Shown: positions 1 to 8,604 of the stretch, piece after piece
Layout: every line of letters begins with the position of its first letter
Position numbering within the stretch: the first letter of the stretch is position 1
Assembly (NCBI GenBank): GCA_041739995.1
Contig: JBGSMV010000047.1
Span: 64,001 to 128,000 of the forward strand
From: Bdellovibrionota bacterium
GTDB taxonomy: Bacteria > Bdellovibrionota_C > UBA2361 > JBGSMV01
Direction: 5' to 3'
DNA length: 64,000 bases
The notes under the pieces: generated by a model
Seen by the model: only the letters and a program-made list of their open reading frames with translations
What the model was told of the DNA's origin: nothing
Databases searched by the model: none
Position numbers and translations under genes: made by a program

Positions 1-369
1 CGTCGAGGAGCACGAACGAGAAAGTTTAGAGCAGGCAGGTCCTTGCACTTGATTCTGAACTCGGGTCGCTCAATCTCCCCGCAAAGCGCGGCCACTATCT
101 ATCTTCGATTTGTGGTGAACTCCGTAGCATGTGAACTACCGGTAAAAATCTCAGATATCGCTCGTGAATCATTTCAACTTGACACCAGCACCCGAGGAAC
201 AAACCAAGTATCCTCTCTCGGGGTACGAGTCCTTAATGGAGAAGGCGTCCAAGTATTCTCTAAGCAAATTAAGAATAGTCGCTCAAGAGATCTTCAAGCT
301 TTCACCCCGCGCCGTAGCGTGCATCGCCGGGTTTGCAATTCCCTCATCTCAGCGCTCAGGGTCAGGTAA
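1..369 (+). CDS. Hypothetical protein, 3' part (runs off the left edge)
   Basis: Frame 1 is open from base 1 to TAA at 367-369. No recognisable motif. Confidence 0.5.
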   Translation, partial: RRGARTRKFRAGRSLHLILNSGRSISPQSAATIYLRFVVNSVACELPVKISDIARESFQLDTSTRGTNQVSSLGVRVLNGEGVQVFSKQIKNSRSRDLQAFTPRRSVHRRVCNSLISALRVR

Positions 370-468
370 TTTCTTTAAGTTGCGTCTCGTTAACTTGTCG
401 AAAGAAGCCGCACTGGCCCGAATGCCGTTCAACTACGCAACTCACTGGCATCTGGTACGACTATATCA

Positions 469-1026
469 TCAGTTCAAAACATCGACCGCTTCTTCATCAT
501 CAGCGCTAAAGTTTGGATCTGAGAGTGAGAACTCTCTTTCGGGTGAGATGAGCACATCATGTTTAAACTGGTCGATTTCTACTCTGGCGCTGTTGTCGCG
601 TTTGTCTCCGAATAGTTCGAGTTCAATTCTTCCCTCTAGGTCCTCATCGAACGTGCTCTGCGGGAGATAGAAAGTGACGTACGTGAATTCGGACCGGGCA
701 CCTGGTCCAAAAGTGGGAGTGATCGCCACAGAATCGCGTCCGATAATGAGGCGTGTCGACCCTGTCACCAATCGCAAAGACCCAGTGGTGTATCTCACCA
801 CAACTACGACACCATCAGGATTTACTCGACGAATATCGACAGTAACAAGCGTTCGCTCTCCTACTCCGATAGCGTTCGGCTTGACTGACAAGTCAATGTC
901 AGCTCCTTTTAGGAGATCGTAATCATCTCCACCGCCGCCTCCCGATCCACAAGCAGTAAGCGCGAGGGTGAAGCAAAGGAAAAGAGTAAGGTATAAGTGC
1001 CGCATATATGAAGAATAGATGCTCAT
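469..1026 (-). CDS. Putative lipoprotein
   Basis: Signal peptide MRHLYLTLFLCFTLALTA-C with lipobox LTAC, then a Gly linker (GSGGGGG). The real start may be ATG at 1005. Confidence 0.8.
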   Translation of the reverse strand: MSIYSSYMRHLYLTLFLCFTLALTACGSGGGGGDDYDLLKGADIDLSVKPNAIGVGERTLVTVDIRRVNPDGVVVVVRYTTGSLRLVTGSTRLIIGRDSVAITPTFGPGARSEFTYVTFYLPQSTFDEDLEGRIELELFGDKRDNSARVEIDQFKHDVLISPEREFSLSDPNFSADDEEAVDVLN

Positions 1027-1196
1027 ATGAGGTGAGTGTTTCGGTGATTATTGGGCGAAAAAGCCGCAATGGCGAGAAGTGGCAAACAAAACGCCGTCTT
1101 TGGCTTCCAACTGTAGTATTTGTGCCCTCTGGTCACTATAGCTAGCCTAGCTATTTCGACACACAGGACTAGCGAAGGCCACCGGGGGTGCACGCC

Positions 1197-1790
1197 ATGA
1201 CTAATACATCGCCATACACAGATGCGAGACAAGCGCTATTTCGCACCTTCTATGAAAAGGCACTGCCCTACTCAGATTATGTATCTCAGGGGCAACCAGC
1301 TCATCAGGCGCGCTGGGAGGACTTCCGCTTAGGTATCTCACTGTCTCTAGAGCAGACCACCCTGGTTAAGGGCTTTCAGAGAAAGCTGCATCTCCTAGTA
1401 CTCTCTGGAGTCTGGTGCGGAGACTGCGCTCGCCAAGGGCCCATGCTTCAGGCTATCGCGGACGCCAGCTCTATGATTGAGGCGCGCTTCATAGACAACA
1501 AAGATTTCCCCGAACTGCAAGACGAGCTACGTATTCTTGGCGCTGAGCGCGTTCCCGTAGTGGTAGGACTTTCTGAGGACTTCTTTGAAGTGTTTCGCTT
1601 TGGAGATCGGCACTTAAGCGTTTATCGCCGTAAGGCAGCGGCAGAGCTGGGTGCCGCGTGCGACCCTGGGCTACTGCCACCTCCCGCTGAGGAGTTGGCC
1701 GTCGAGCTGTCAGAGTGGCTTGGTCTCATTGAGCGAGCGCAACTGTTGCTGCGCTTGTCTCCGATGCTAAGAAAGCGCTACAACGATTAG
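1197..1790 (+). CDS. Thioredoxin-family protein (WCGDC)
   Basis: LLVLSGVWCGDC active site and RVP cis-Pro motif. ATG at 1197 preferred over GTG at 1188. Confidence 0.85.
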   Translation: MTNTSPYTDARQALFRTFYEKALPYSDYVSQGQPAHQARWEDFRLGISLSLEQTTLVKGFQRKLHLLVLSGVWCGDCARQGPMLQAIADASSMIEARFIDNKDFPELQDELRILGAERVPVVVGLSEDFFEVFRFGDRHLSVYRRKAAAELGAACDPGLLPPPAEELAVELSEWLGLIERAQLLLRLSPMLRKRYND

Positions 1791-1823
1791 AAATCTTAAC
1801 GCAAAATAGAAAGAGGGCCAGTT

Positions 1824-2240
1824 ATGTACGATCCAACACGAGTACAGAGCATGAGAGAAGAGCTTACCAAGGCAGGCTTCAAAGAGCTTAATAGCCCAGA
1901 GGAAGTTGATTCATTTATGAAATCAATCTCTCAAGGCACCGCCATGGTGGTAGTGAACTCGGTTTGTGGTTGTGCTGCGGGCGGGGCTAGACCAGGAGCG
2001 ACACTTTCACTCCGGCATCCTAAAAAACCGATGCACCTTGCTACGGTATTCGCTGGACAAGATGCCAAGGCAACAGAACAGGCTCGAACCTACTTTGTTG
2101 GACACCCACCATCATCTCCTGCTGTTGCGTTGTTTAAAGACGGGAAACTGTCCTACATGCTCCCACGACATGAAATTGAAGGCTCCACGCCACAACAAAT
2201 CGCTCAGGCGCTTGGCAGTGCATTTGACAAGGTATTCTGA
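1824..2240 (+). CDS. brxB: BrxA/BrxB family bacilliredoxin (YphP/YqiW-like)
   Basis: VVNSVCGCAAG (CGC motif), TVFAGQD, PPSSP, RHEIEG. SD-like GAGG upstream. Confidence 0.92.
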   Translation: MYDPTRVQSMREELTKAGFKELNSPEEVDSFMKSISQGTAMVVVNSVCGCAAGGARPGATLSLRHPKKPMHLATVFAGQDAKATEQARTYFVGHPPSSPAVALFKDGKLSYMLPRHEIEGSTPQQIAQALGSAFDKVF

Positions 2241-2727
2241 GTTGCCGCTAAGCGGTTGACGTAAGAAAAGGCGGCGAATCTGAAAAACAGATTGCGGGTA
2301 CAGATCTGCAAAGGGGACTTTCTCTACATGACCTCGTCAGCATTCAGCTTAATTAGGACAGCGTTAGCGACTAAACACCGTTTCATTATTTTTAAATTTG
2401 CGCGCAACTATCTAATATTACTGATAATAGTAAGTTTGATCTAGATCTCATATTTCACTAACATAGCACTCCGGACGTTTTTTTCGATCGTGATTCTTGG
2501 AATGCGTCCTCGTGTAATTCCAGCAGCACCATAAGCGCTGCTTAGTTCATTAAGAATATTTCCTCGCACCGAAAGATTGCCGTCGCCGGAAAGAGCGATC
2601 TTATCGCCGGGCTAGATTTGTTTTTTTGCGTTTAGGTGAAGGCGATAGTCGGATCGCTTTCAGGACTTCCAACAGTTTTTTCTTGGAAGACCCTTGTAGA
2701 AGATAGTGAAGGTACTAGGTAGCTAAT

Positions 2728-3282
2728 ATGTCGACAGCCTCACATCGCACTAACCCTTCTGCCTATCCATCACGCGAAGCGCAGACCTCTGGCGATACGA
2801 ACCCACTACAGCTCTTCATTCGTCCAGAACACACTCAAACTCCCACCTCACTTCGAGACACTGAAGTTTCACCAGAAGCATTTCGTCTTCGCTTGGCTCC
2901 AGACTCGTATTATGTCCAAATCAGCTTCCCCGTCGGAAATCTAAGAATTGAGCTTCCTTGCTCGGAAGAGCGTCTCGACCAGGGTGCTTCCCGAATTGTA
3001 GCCGCCTCTGCCAAACTGCACCCCTATCAAAGTGCAGTGGTTCGACAACAAATGAGCAGCCGCGGCCAAACCGCCCTCGAGAAACTTTGTGAGGCAGTCG
3101 AAGTGACGCTTATTTACTCGGATGTCACCAACAGCGGGGACGAAAAACTTCGAAGACAGACCATGGTGCTTGGCACCCCCTTGTTTACCGACGACCACCC
3201 TTCCTATGGGATGCGTATTGGACCAACGTCGCTAAAGTTTGTGCTGTTCGATGGCGAAAGCTCTCGCAGACGTGCGGCTTAG
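2728..3282 (+). CDS. Hypothetical protein
   Basis: 184-aa ORF with ATG start and AGGT upstream. It converges on the next gene without overlap. Confidence 0.65.
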   Translation: MSTASHRTNPSAYPSREAQTSGDTNPLQLFIRPEHTQTPTSLRDTEVSPEAFRLRLAPDSYYVQISFPVGNLRIELPCSEERLDQGASRIVAASAKLHPYQSAVVRQQMSSRGQTALEKLCEAVEVTLIYSDVTNSGDEKLRRQTMVLGTPLFTDDHPSYGMRIGPTSLKFVLFDGESSRRRAA

Positions 3283-3294
3283 TAACACGGCGAA

Positions 3295-4272
3295 CTAAAA
3301 CGACCGATCGCCCTGAACCATCTTTCCAAGCTGCCCCAATACTGTGCCTTCCCCTTTTCCTCCGGCTGCAGCAACCTGCATACGACCCGCCAAGCGCGAG
3401 AATGGCAGCGACTGCAACCAAACAGTGCCTGGGCCTCGCAGCGAAGCAAAGAACAAGCCCTCGCCTCCAAAAATTGCGGTCTTAATGTTCCCCGCCTGTT
3501 CAATCTCGAAATTCACACTCGACTGCAAAGCAACAATACAGCCGGTATCAACGTGCAGCTTCTCTCCCGCCTTGAGCGTTCGCTCCACCAGTGTTCCGCC
3601 CGCATGCACAAAGGCGAGTCCATCACCTTCGAGCTTTTGCATAATAAATCCTTCTCCTCCAAACAGCCCGGTGAGGATCTTGCGTTGAAAGAAGATTCCG
3701 ATGGAGACACCGCGGGCAGCACACAAAAAACTATCCTTCTGACAGAGGAGTGATCCGCCCATGCTCTTTAGCGTTACCGGTACGATATTTCCTGGATATG
3801 GCGCGGCGAACGCAACTTTTCCCTTGCCATTTCCTGACTGAGTGAAAAGCGTCATGAACAGCCCCTCTCCCGTCACGAGACGCTTGCCGGCACTAAAGAG
3901 TTTATCAACTAGGCCGGTTTCCTTTGAGCCATCGCCGAAAACCGCATCCATGGCAATCGAAGGATCCTTGTACATGAGAGAACCCGCCTCTGCGACGCAG
4001 CTCTCGCCCGGATCTAGCTCGATTTCGACGAATTGCATCTCCGATCCAAAGACCTTGTAGTCAATGGCATCACTTCGCTGCGTAACCGGAGGTGGCGCCA
4101 CATCACTGGAGGGGGACCCAATCAGCTCCCCTACCGTGCGAATAGGAACCCATTCGGGAAAGCCCTCGCGCCATGCAAGACCGTCACTGCCCTGCCGCAC
4201 TCGAGAGCATGCGTCTTCAAGGCTAAGTGGGCCAAACTGTTGTCCTTCATAGCTGAGATACCACTTTTTCAT
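3295..4272 (-). CDS. TIGR00266/AIM24 family protein with N-terminal GYF_2 (DUF4339) domain
   Basis: N-terminal WY..GQQFGP..AWREG..EW. MQFVEIELDPGE, two FGGEG motifs, VWLQSLPFSRLA. Confidence 0.9.
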   Translation of the reverse strand: MKKWYLSYEGQQFGPLSLEDACSRVRQGSDGLAWREGFPEWVPIRTVGELIGSPSSDVAPPPVTQRSDAIDYKVFGSEMQFVEIELDPGESCVAEAGSLMYKDPSIAMDAVFGDGSKETGLVDKLFSAGKRLVTGEGLFMTLFTQSGNGKGKVAFAAPYPGNIVPVTLKSMGGSLLCQKDSFLCAARGVSIGIFFQRKILTGLFGGEGFIMQKLEGDGLAFVHAGGTLVERTLKAGEKLHVDTGCIVALQSSVNFEIEQAGNIKTAIFGGEGLFFASLRGPGTVWLQSLPFSRLAGRMQVAAAGGKGEGTVLGQLGKMVQGDRSF

Positions 4273-4421
4273 ATTGCCTCTCCGTTAGATCCAAGAGCCA
4301 TGTAACTGTGAGCTCTCATATTGAAACTTGGATTCTGCTCTTGAGATACCGTCGACATACGCAGACTTCAAGTCCATTTGAACGCTTTGCTTAGACATCG
4401 TTACTCTCTAGGATAGCCTTT

Positions 4422-5687
4422 GTGACCGCAGTACCAGAGTCCTCCCGATTTAACGACGTTACCGAGAATCTAATTGGCTCTGCTGTCCCTTCGCTTTTGC
4501 TCTACGCAGCGAAACAACGCCACCCCACTGCAAGCTCTTCTCCGTTCGATACCATCGCGCTCGACCAGTGCCGCTTCGGTCTCTCTCGACAAAGAGGCTC
4601 AGACCGAGTGGTGCTCTCCGTTAAGGCCGTTGAGGGAGAAGATACTCTACAGAAACCCTTCGTTCATCGAGAGATCCTCGATCTCTCCTCAGAATCTCCG
4701 TTGCTGCTAGGCGATCAGTTTTTAAGTCTACGCCAAATTTCACTACTGCGTTCTCTCGCCAAGATTTCAAACCCAGATCTCTCTCCGCCTTCTCTGTTGG
4801 AATGCACCACGATCCCGATTGAATACCTGCCTGAAGATGAATTGCCAGAACTGTTCGCACGCAAGGGGAAATTTCACGTATTTGGCCAGGTCAAGTGCTC
4901 CGATGGAAGCACGGTTGCAATCGACTGCTTCGTATATAATGCGGAATTTCAGATTTGCATTCACGCCTGCGCGATCCCTTTTCCTGGTCAGTCTTGTGTT
5001 CCTCGAACCCCTGCTCAGACTGACGGATATCTTGTGGAAGTCGCGGGCTTAGAGGAACCAGCGCTAGTTTCTGGATTGACCCAGCGCCAGGCGGAATATC
5101 TATTTCAGTGCCTTATTGATCATACCGACGATTTTGGAATTGCGTTTACTGCCGGCTATGTTCCAGAACTTATTCAGCATGCATTGCACCACCCCTCTGG
5201 AGTCATTGGTACTCCCGTCACGTTCCAAGAGTGTAAGTCCGCTCCGCTTTCGTTCTCGCTTGCTGACATTCAGAACGCGCTCCAATCTCCTGGACGGCAC
5301 GAGTTTAATGGATATCTTCCAATCGGCGATGATCCAGACATTTTCTGCTACGCAGATATCGCGTGTTGGAGAGGAAGGTCGAATATCAGGTCTGTGCGAG
5401 ATCACTCCCTGCTTGCCTCCGAAGATGTCGTCGTTCTTAGAGCCGTGAGCAACCTTCGCAATGGTACATATGAGCCCCCGCGCTCAGAGGCGGCAACCAC
5501 CGGCTACGTACTTGAAGTTGGCCCGTATCAAGATGTCTTTGAACTTGATGATGTTTCTCGAGAATTTGCGCTCGAGCTATTTGAGCTTGCTGTGTCCAAC
5601 TATAAAACAGGTGGACTTTCCCGAGCCCTAGAAGCAGTCAATAAAATCAATGAGTCAGCTGCCGGGGATGAGGATGCCGACGATTAA
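4422..5687 (+). CDS. Hypothetical protein with an internal duplication
   Basis: 421-aa ORF with GTG start and an acidic tail. Two copies of PRxxAxTxGYxxEV. Confidence 0.7.
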   Translation: MTAVPESSRFNDVTENLIGSAVPSLLLYAAKQRHPTASSSPFDTIALDQCRFGLSRQRGSDRVVLSVKAVEGEDTLQKPFVHREILDLSSESPLLLGDQFLSLRQISLLRSLAKISNPDLSPPSLLECTTIPIEYLPEDELPELFARKGKFHVFGQVKCSDGSTVAIDCFVYNAEFQICIHACAIPFPGQSCVPRTPAQTDGYLVEVAGLEEPALVSGLTQRQAEYLFQCLIDHTDDFGIAFTAGYVPELIQHALHHPSGVIGTPVTFQECKSAPLSFSLADIQNALQSPGRHEFNGYLPIGDDPDIFCYADIACWRGRSNIRSVRDHSLLASEDVVVLRAVSNLRNGTYEPPRSEAATTGYVLEVGPYQDVFELDDVSREFALELFELAVSNYKTGGLSRALEAVNKINESAAGDEDADD

Positions 5688-5712
5688 GCTTTGATTAGCT
5701 ACCCATCAGCCT

Positions 5713-6378
5713 TTAAGCAGCCGCGCCGACTTTGACTGCGTCAAGCTCACCTAAAATTGCGGCTTTCTGCTCCTCTGACAAACCAAGCCCCGTTCCCAAC
5801 TTTTCCATGAAGCGTCGCTCAGCATCGGTGTCAATGATTATTGCCAATGCTGCAGCAGCAAAAACTCTTGCGCGCACATCGTCACTGCCAGCTTGCGCTA
5901 TCAGCGCTTCAATTGGACAGGGATTAGAAAGTTCCTGGGCGATAAAGGTTCGCTCATCAGCGGAAAGGGTTCCTCGCTCGAGCAGCTCTACTATCGTACT
6001 CCTTTCACTTGGATCGAGTACGCCATCGGCATGTGCCGCAGCAACCATCGCACGCAATAGCAATAACTGCTCGGAATCGATCGGAGGCGCCTGCTCGGTG
6101 GACTGTGGCAGCGAGGGAGAGGGCAATTTCTGCGTCAACGGTTGAGCGTTTGCTGCACGGCCCGCAGCTGCGCCGTCTGCGTAGTGCTCATACGCGGAAA
6201 CTGCGAGCCCAAGTAGGCCCATCACTATTTTCCCCTGAGGTAAACCAAGCTTTGGTGTCTCTGCCCGCCCACCAACACGCCGCTGCGGCTTGAGATTCCC
6301 GGACGCACCTTGCGTCGCCATTCCCACTAATAGCTTTTGCATGTCAATCATAGTTACCACTCCGTGCAAGCCCAACAC
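5713..6378 (-). CDS. DUF533 / TerB-like tellurite-resistance family protein
   Basis: LLLRAMVAAAHADGVLDxxER and IIIDTDAERRFMEKLGTGLGL. Start may be slightly downstream. Confidence 0.85.
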   Translation of the reverse strand: MLGLHGVVTMIDMQKLLVGMATQGASGNLKPQRRVGGRAETPKLGLPQGKIVMGLLGLAVSAYEHYADGAAAGRAANAQPLTQKLPSPSLPQSTEQAPPIDSEQLLLLRAMVAAAHADGVLDPSERSTIVELLERGTLSADERTFIAQELSNPCPIEALIAQAGSDDVRARVFAAAALAIIIDTDAERRFMEKLGTGLGLSEEQKAAILGELDAVKVGAAA

Positions 6379-6450
6379 TAAATACTATAATAGAAAAAGC
6401 CGCATGCCTGTGTAGAAGATTTGCCACAAAGATTCCTGACACGATACCCA

Positions 6451-6492
6451 CTTTAGTATGCAGGCTTTAGTATGCAGACTTTAGTATGCAGA
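6451..6492. repeat. Three tandem copies of the 14-bp unit CTTTAGTATGCAG(G/A)
   Basis: Units at 6451, 6465 and 6479, read directly. Confidence 0.95.
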
Positions 6493-6518
6493 GACAGGGC
6501 CCAAAGCGTTTCTGTTCT

Positions 6519-7187
6519 TCAATGCAATACCTTGGTCTTCAACCACTCCCGCACTTCGACAAGATCCTTGAAGATTTGGTGTGCAATTTCTTGGATGGCA
6601 GGGGTAACTTTAAGCAAGTCAGGCACGAGGACTGCGCACATTCCCGCATCTCGAGCAGCCCGTATGCCTTGCTCGGAATCTTCAAGCACCACACAAACTG
6701 CTGGATCTCGATCTAGCTCCCCTGCCGCTTTTAAGAATATATCAGGTGCTGGCTTGGAGTGCTCGACCTGATCAGAAGTGGTGATAGTAGAAAATCTCTC
6801 TAAAAGTCCGCATCGTCCAAGTCTTTCCTGCGCAATAGGAGAGCGCGTTGAAGTCGCCACAGCCTTTAAGATTTTTTTCTCTTCTAGAAAATCAAGCAAC
6901 TCGAGCGCACCACTGCGTGGAGGCGGTGGTGATTCTTGGAAGTATCTGGCCTCCCGCATCGAGAGTTCGGAGTTAAGCTTATCGACTGGTAATGTCTTAC
7001 CAAAGAACTCCTGCGTTTTTTGCAATGCTCCTTTTCTGCCTCGCCCCATGAGCTGCAAAAACATATCAGGCGTAAGCTCGAATCCAAGATGTGACACGGC
7101 ATCAATCCAGACGCGCTGATATACGGGCTCGCTATCTATGAGGAGTCCGTCCATGTCGAATATTACTGCTTCGAACTTTTCAGTCAT
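6519..7187 (-). CDS. HAD-superfamily phosphatase (beta-PGM/CbbY-like)
   Basis: Motif I FDMDGLLIDSE, motif II ATST, KPAPDIF, motif IV EDSEQG. Confidence 0.93.
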   Translation of the reverse strand: MTEKFEAVIFDMDGLLIDSEPVYQRVWIDAVSHLGFELTPDMFLQLMGRGRKGALQKTQEFFGKTLPVDKLNSELSMREARYFQESPPPPRSGALELLDFLEEKKILKAVATSTRSPIAQERLGRCGLLERFSTITTSDQVEHSKPAPDIFLKAAGELDRDPAVCVVLEDSEQGIRAARDAGMCAVLVPDLLKVTPAIQEIAHQIFKDLVEVREWLKTKVLH

Positions 7188-7491
7188 GGTGTTCTATATT
7201 TTAAAGCTCGGGGCACCACGTAGATGAATGCTGCACGAGGCAAGCCTGCCTTCAGCACAACCCCGTCTTTGGCAATCCTGCCTCCGCTAGAAATTCGCTA
7301 CGCCCGGAGCCTACAGTCTTTAGGGCAGAGAAAGAAGCAGTCAGAGAAGCGTGGCAAGTGAGAGCGCTGCCACCCAGAAGAAAATGCCAGGAAAAAAAGA
7401 CAGTACCACCATCAAGCTTCGAAACAGTCCCAAGACCCCCAAGTACTCGGAGAGCCCTGAGAACTCGACGAGAAAGATCGCTCTATAAAAA

Positions 7492-7543
7492 TTGACGCAC
7501 CGCTCAATATTCCATAATAATCTAATATAGAATAATTATAGAA
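7492..7543 (+). promoter_or_regulatory. Candidate sigma70 promoter with an overlapping operator upstream of imuA
   Basis: TTGACG at 7492 and an AT-rich -10 region (CATAAT/TAATAA, 7513-7520). Imperfect inverted repeat at 7510-7543 centred on TCTA-ATA-TAGA. Confidence 0.55.
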
Positions 7544-7575
7544 GCTATGGGTAACTATGGCAGAGTCAGCTTTTT

Positions 7576-8604
7576 ATGTACCTGAATATTCTTGATAAAT
7601 TATCTGGGATGGTATGGATAGCCGAGACAGCGCCCTCTGAGTCCGCGCCCCCTGAGTCCGCAGCGCCGGAGTCCACTACTGGTGCGGTGGCGCTACCTCT
7701 TCAAGTGGCACCTCAAGCGGCACTTCAAGTCGGGCCTCAAGCCACCCGGCCTGGCATAGCACGGTACGGGCCTCCAGAAATTGATAGCGCACTACCCGCT
7801 GGCGGACTCTCTAGTGGGACAGTGCATGAGTTCTTCTTCTCTCAGTCTTTTCAAGAACTGAAAGACAAGCCTAAGAGACGCGTCCGCCTTTCTCAATCGA
7901 CTATTGGTTCGAGTAATCCAAGAATTATTCCCGCAGTACTCGCGTGCAGCCTCGCTCGAGAAAGACTGCCTTACCTACTGTGGATTGGCCGTAGCACCTG
8001 GCCCTCTCCTTTCTTATTGGAACAATTATTAGGCCATCGCTACAGCCAAGATGAAATTTTCTCTCGATGCCTCTTCATCGATCCTCCCGACACGACTAGT
8101 TCACTGTGGGCTATTGAAACTGCTTTAAAAACTTCCTCCCTTGGCGTAGTCATTGCACACTGCGAAAAACTCTCGCTTGCGGTCTCTCGTCGCTTTTCGC
8201 TTGCTGCTCGTTCAAGCAACGTACTTGGTATTCTTCTTAGGCCCAAGAACGCCTCTCTTGACATAACAAGCAGCCATAGCAAGTGGAGCATCTCTCCCAC
8301 ACAAAACTCAGAAGATAGCCCTCAGGGAATCTACCTTCAAGAAATCCGCCCAACCTGGAATCTTGAACTGCTTCGCCTTAAAGGCAGTTATTGCGCGCGT
8401 TCTAAGTGGTCTCTGCAAGCTCAGGAAAATATTTCTTCATTATCTTCAAGGGAGGAACGCCATGAAGCGTCGCTATCTCTGCGTATATCTTCCGCTATGG
8501 GGGCTTCAAGTGTGGCACCTAACCAAGAAGGCCCAAGCAACCCAGTCGAACCAGACCATAAAACTAACTGGCAAATCAGCCGCCAAATCAATAGCGACTA
8601 TTGA
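7576..8604 (+). CDS. imuA: ImuA (RecA-like mutasome accessory protein)
   Basis: IDSALPAGGL..GTVHEF, LWAIETALK, RRFSLAA, KWSI, WNLELLR. First gene of the imuA-imuB-dnaE2 cassette. Confidence 0.85.
   Translation: MYLNILDKLSGMVWIAETAPSESAPPESAAPESTTGAVALPLQVAPQAALQVGPQATRPGIARYGPPEIDSALPAGGLSSGTVHEFFFSQSFQELKDKPKRRVRLSQSTIGSSNPRIIPAVLACSLARERLPYLLWIGRSTWPSPFLLEQLLGHRYSQDEIFSRCLFIDPPDTTSSLWAIETALKTSSLGVVIAHCEKLSLAVSRRFSLAARSSNVLGILLRPKNASLDITSSHSKWSISPTQNSEDSPQGIYLQEIRPTWNLELLRLKGSYCARSKWSLQAQENISSLSSREERHEASLSLRISSAMGASSVAPNQEGPSNPVEPDHKTNWQISRQINSDY

Noticed and set aside
164..670. 168-aa plus-strand ORF, and the many other short overlapping ORFs in the track
   Set aside because: They are shadow frames overlapping better-supported genes and have no motifs.
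2241..2727. Possible ncRNA in a 487-bp intergenic gap
   Set aside because: Only short hairpins and AT-rich promoter-like DNA, with no recognisable tmRNA, RNase P, 6S or SRP features. An Rfam scan would be needed.
8363..8461. Longer N-terminus of imuB from the ORF track
   Set aside because: The family-typical N-terminus begins at ATG 8462, with GGAGG upstream.
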